NCBI GenBank assembly: GCA_030390025.1
Contig: CM059431.1
Span: 141,610,001 to 141,674,000 of the forward strand
DNA length: 64,000 nt
Source: Squalus acanthias
Lineage: Eukaryota
Direction: 5' to 3'
The position numbers and the translations under genes are program-made. Every line of letters begins with the position of its first letter. Within the stretch, counting starts at the first letter, position 1. Shown piece after piece: positions 62,338 to 64,000 of this stretch. The notes under the pieces were generated by a model. It did not search any database. It was not told the DNA's origin and worked only from the letters and a program-made list of their open reading frames with translations.

Positions 62338-63129
62338 CGCCAGATCGGTTACTGCAAAATCCCCTAAACCAGGGTGTCAGAGAGTTAAAGTTACAGATTG
62401 CTGCGACCGGAGTAGCAATTGCCCACTCTCAGTTTTACATTTCCAAATTAAAGAATGGGACATTCATTGTGAGCACACAGAGACTGTCTGGTCCCGCACA
62501 CTGCAGACACACCCATGGCACCGTGAACCAGCTCTCCTGCAACCGGTGCCGTCTCCCTTCCAGACTTTCGGTGCCTTGTTTGATTGTGAAGTAATCTGAT
62601 TGTCCCGATTTTAATTTCTGATCAGGACTAATGAGAAACCATTAAATGGCTCGGAACAGTAAATTGCACAGATAAAATAATTACATTTTGTGGAAGATGT
62701 GTATAATATGATCCGTTGCTCCACTGGGCCAGGGCGGAACTTACAAACTTGGACAGGTGGAATAGTTGGGAGCAACTTTCAATGTTCAATGACCCACCGT
62801 AAAATATATTCTGGATAGAAGAAGGAGAACCCTTTTTTTTTAGTTTCAAGAATTAACAGATGATAAAAACATCCAAGGTGCCCCTTTGTGTGTTTATTGA
62901 GCTATAACTGCACTGTTCATGCGATGTACTCTGCCTTGGTCCGGATCTTATACTTAATAATTAATGGTGGCCTCAATCCGGTGTCAGGACTGAACCTAAC
63001 AGATTCAAAGGGGAGTGAGACTCTCTTGAGCAGGTTGTCTCATTTCATTTCCTATTGAATTCAACTTGAACACTGTTTCACAGTCCAAAATTCTCCTGTT
63101 CGGAACCCCCCACCCGACCGTGCTTTCCA

Positions 63130-64000
63130 CCGACACATTGAGAGCGCGGACCTGAGCGGGAGCGGAGGCAACGGCAGCAGCAGAAAGGGACGTGAGCGGC
63201 GAATCAAAGAAAACACAAGGCGTGACGTTACAGGATAGCTGGTAACTGATTGTTTTTTTTCTCTTCAATTACGGGGTGGGGTTAAATAGCTGCTTGGGGA
63301 TAAAGTAGGAGCTTGGAGATTAGCAACTGTTAATACTATGTTAAATTAGTAACTGTTAATACTATGTTAAATTAGTAACTGTTAATACTATGTTAAATTA
63401 GTAACTGTTAATCCTATATTAAATTAGTAACTGTTAATCCTATATTAAACTAGTAACTGTTAATACTATGTTAAATTAGTAACTGTTAATACTATGTTAA
63501 ATTAGTAACTGTTAATACTATGTTAAATTAGTAACTGTTAATCCTATATTAAACTAGTAACTGTTAATACTATATTAAATTAGTAACTGTTAATACTATG
63601 TTAAATTAGTAACTGTTAATACTATATTAAACTAGTAACTGTTAATACTATGTTAAATTAGTAACTGTTAATCCTATGTTAAATTAGTAACTGTTAATAC
63701 TATGTTAAATTAGTAACTGTTAATACTATGTTAAATTAGTAACTGTTAATACTATGTTAAATTAGTAACTGTTAATACTATATTAAATTAGTAACTTTTA
63801 ATACTATGTTAAATTAGTAACTGTTAATACTATGTTAAATTAGTAACTGTTAATACTATATTATTTTAATTTCTTGAATTAGATACATCTTAGTCTTAAG
63901 TTTCTGTAAAGTTAGTTAATAGTCGAATAAATAAAGGCATGGCAGGGCAGCTCGGTGGAATGCGCATGCTGTGCCATGTGGGAACTCCAGGACGCGTCCA
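63130..64000 (+). mobile_element. 5' end of a CR1 LINE (5' UTR + start of ORF1)
   Basis: GC-rich leader, then ATG at 63939 MAGQL/VECACCAMWELQDAS (frameshifted Cys-rich ORF1 start). A related ORF1 relic lies on the minus strand at ~42710-42980 (MLELQGASPVHDNHV). Confidence 0.65.
63318..63861. repeat. 26-bp AT-rich minisatellite, ~21 copies
   Basis: Unit ATTAGTAACTGTTAATACTATGTTAA. Confidence 0.97.

Overview
Eukaryotic, repeat-dense vertebrate DNA, most likely from a cartilaginous fish (shark). This is inferred from the repeat families (CR1-type LINEs, SacSINE1/Deu-type SINEs, Penelope and Harbinger relics) and the GPR139-like receptor type. The ORF track misses the main gene: a six-coding-exon MS4A/CD20-family tetraspan gene on the minus strand (CDS 13943->4425, 204 aa, all introns phase 0, GT-AG), reconstructed here by hand. 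It sits head-to-head with an inverted, SINE-disrupted and truncated paralogue inside an old ~20-kb inverted duplication (~10200-30150). Next to it is a GPR139/GPR142-like GPCR cluster: one intact two-exon gene (33274-34639, +), one 5'-truncated inverted copy (46465-47324, -) and up to four heavily decayed remnants, one swollen by a 33-bp minisatellite. The right end has a decayed Harbinger transposon, a near full-length CR1 carrying a Penelope insert with a hammerhead ribozyme, and five degenerate tRNA genes (Lys-TTT x2, Lys-CTT, Leu-CAG, Asn-GTT). There are no prokaryotic features and no CRISPR arrays. All homology calls come from recall and by-eye alignment, not database searches, and TE boundaries are approximate.
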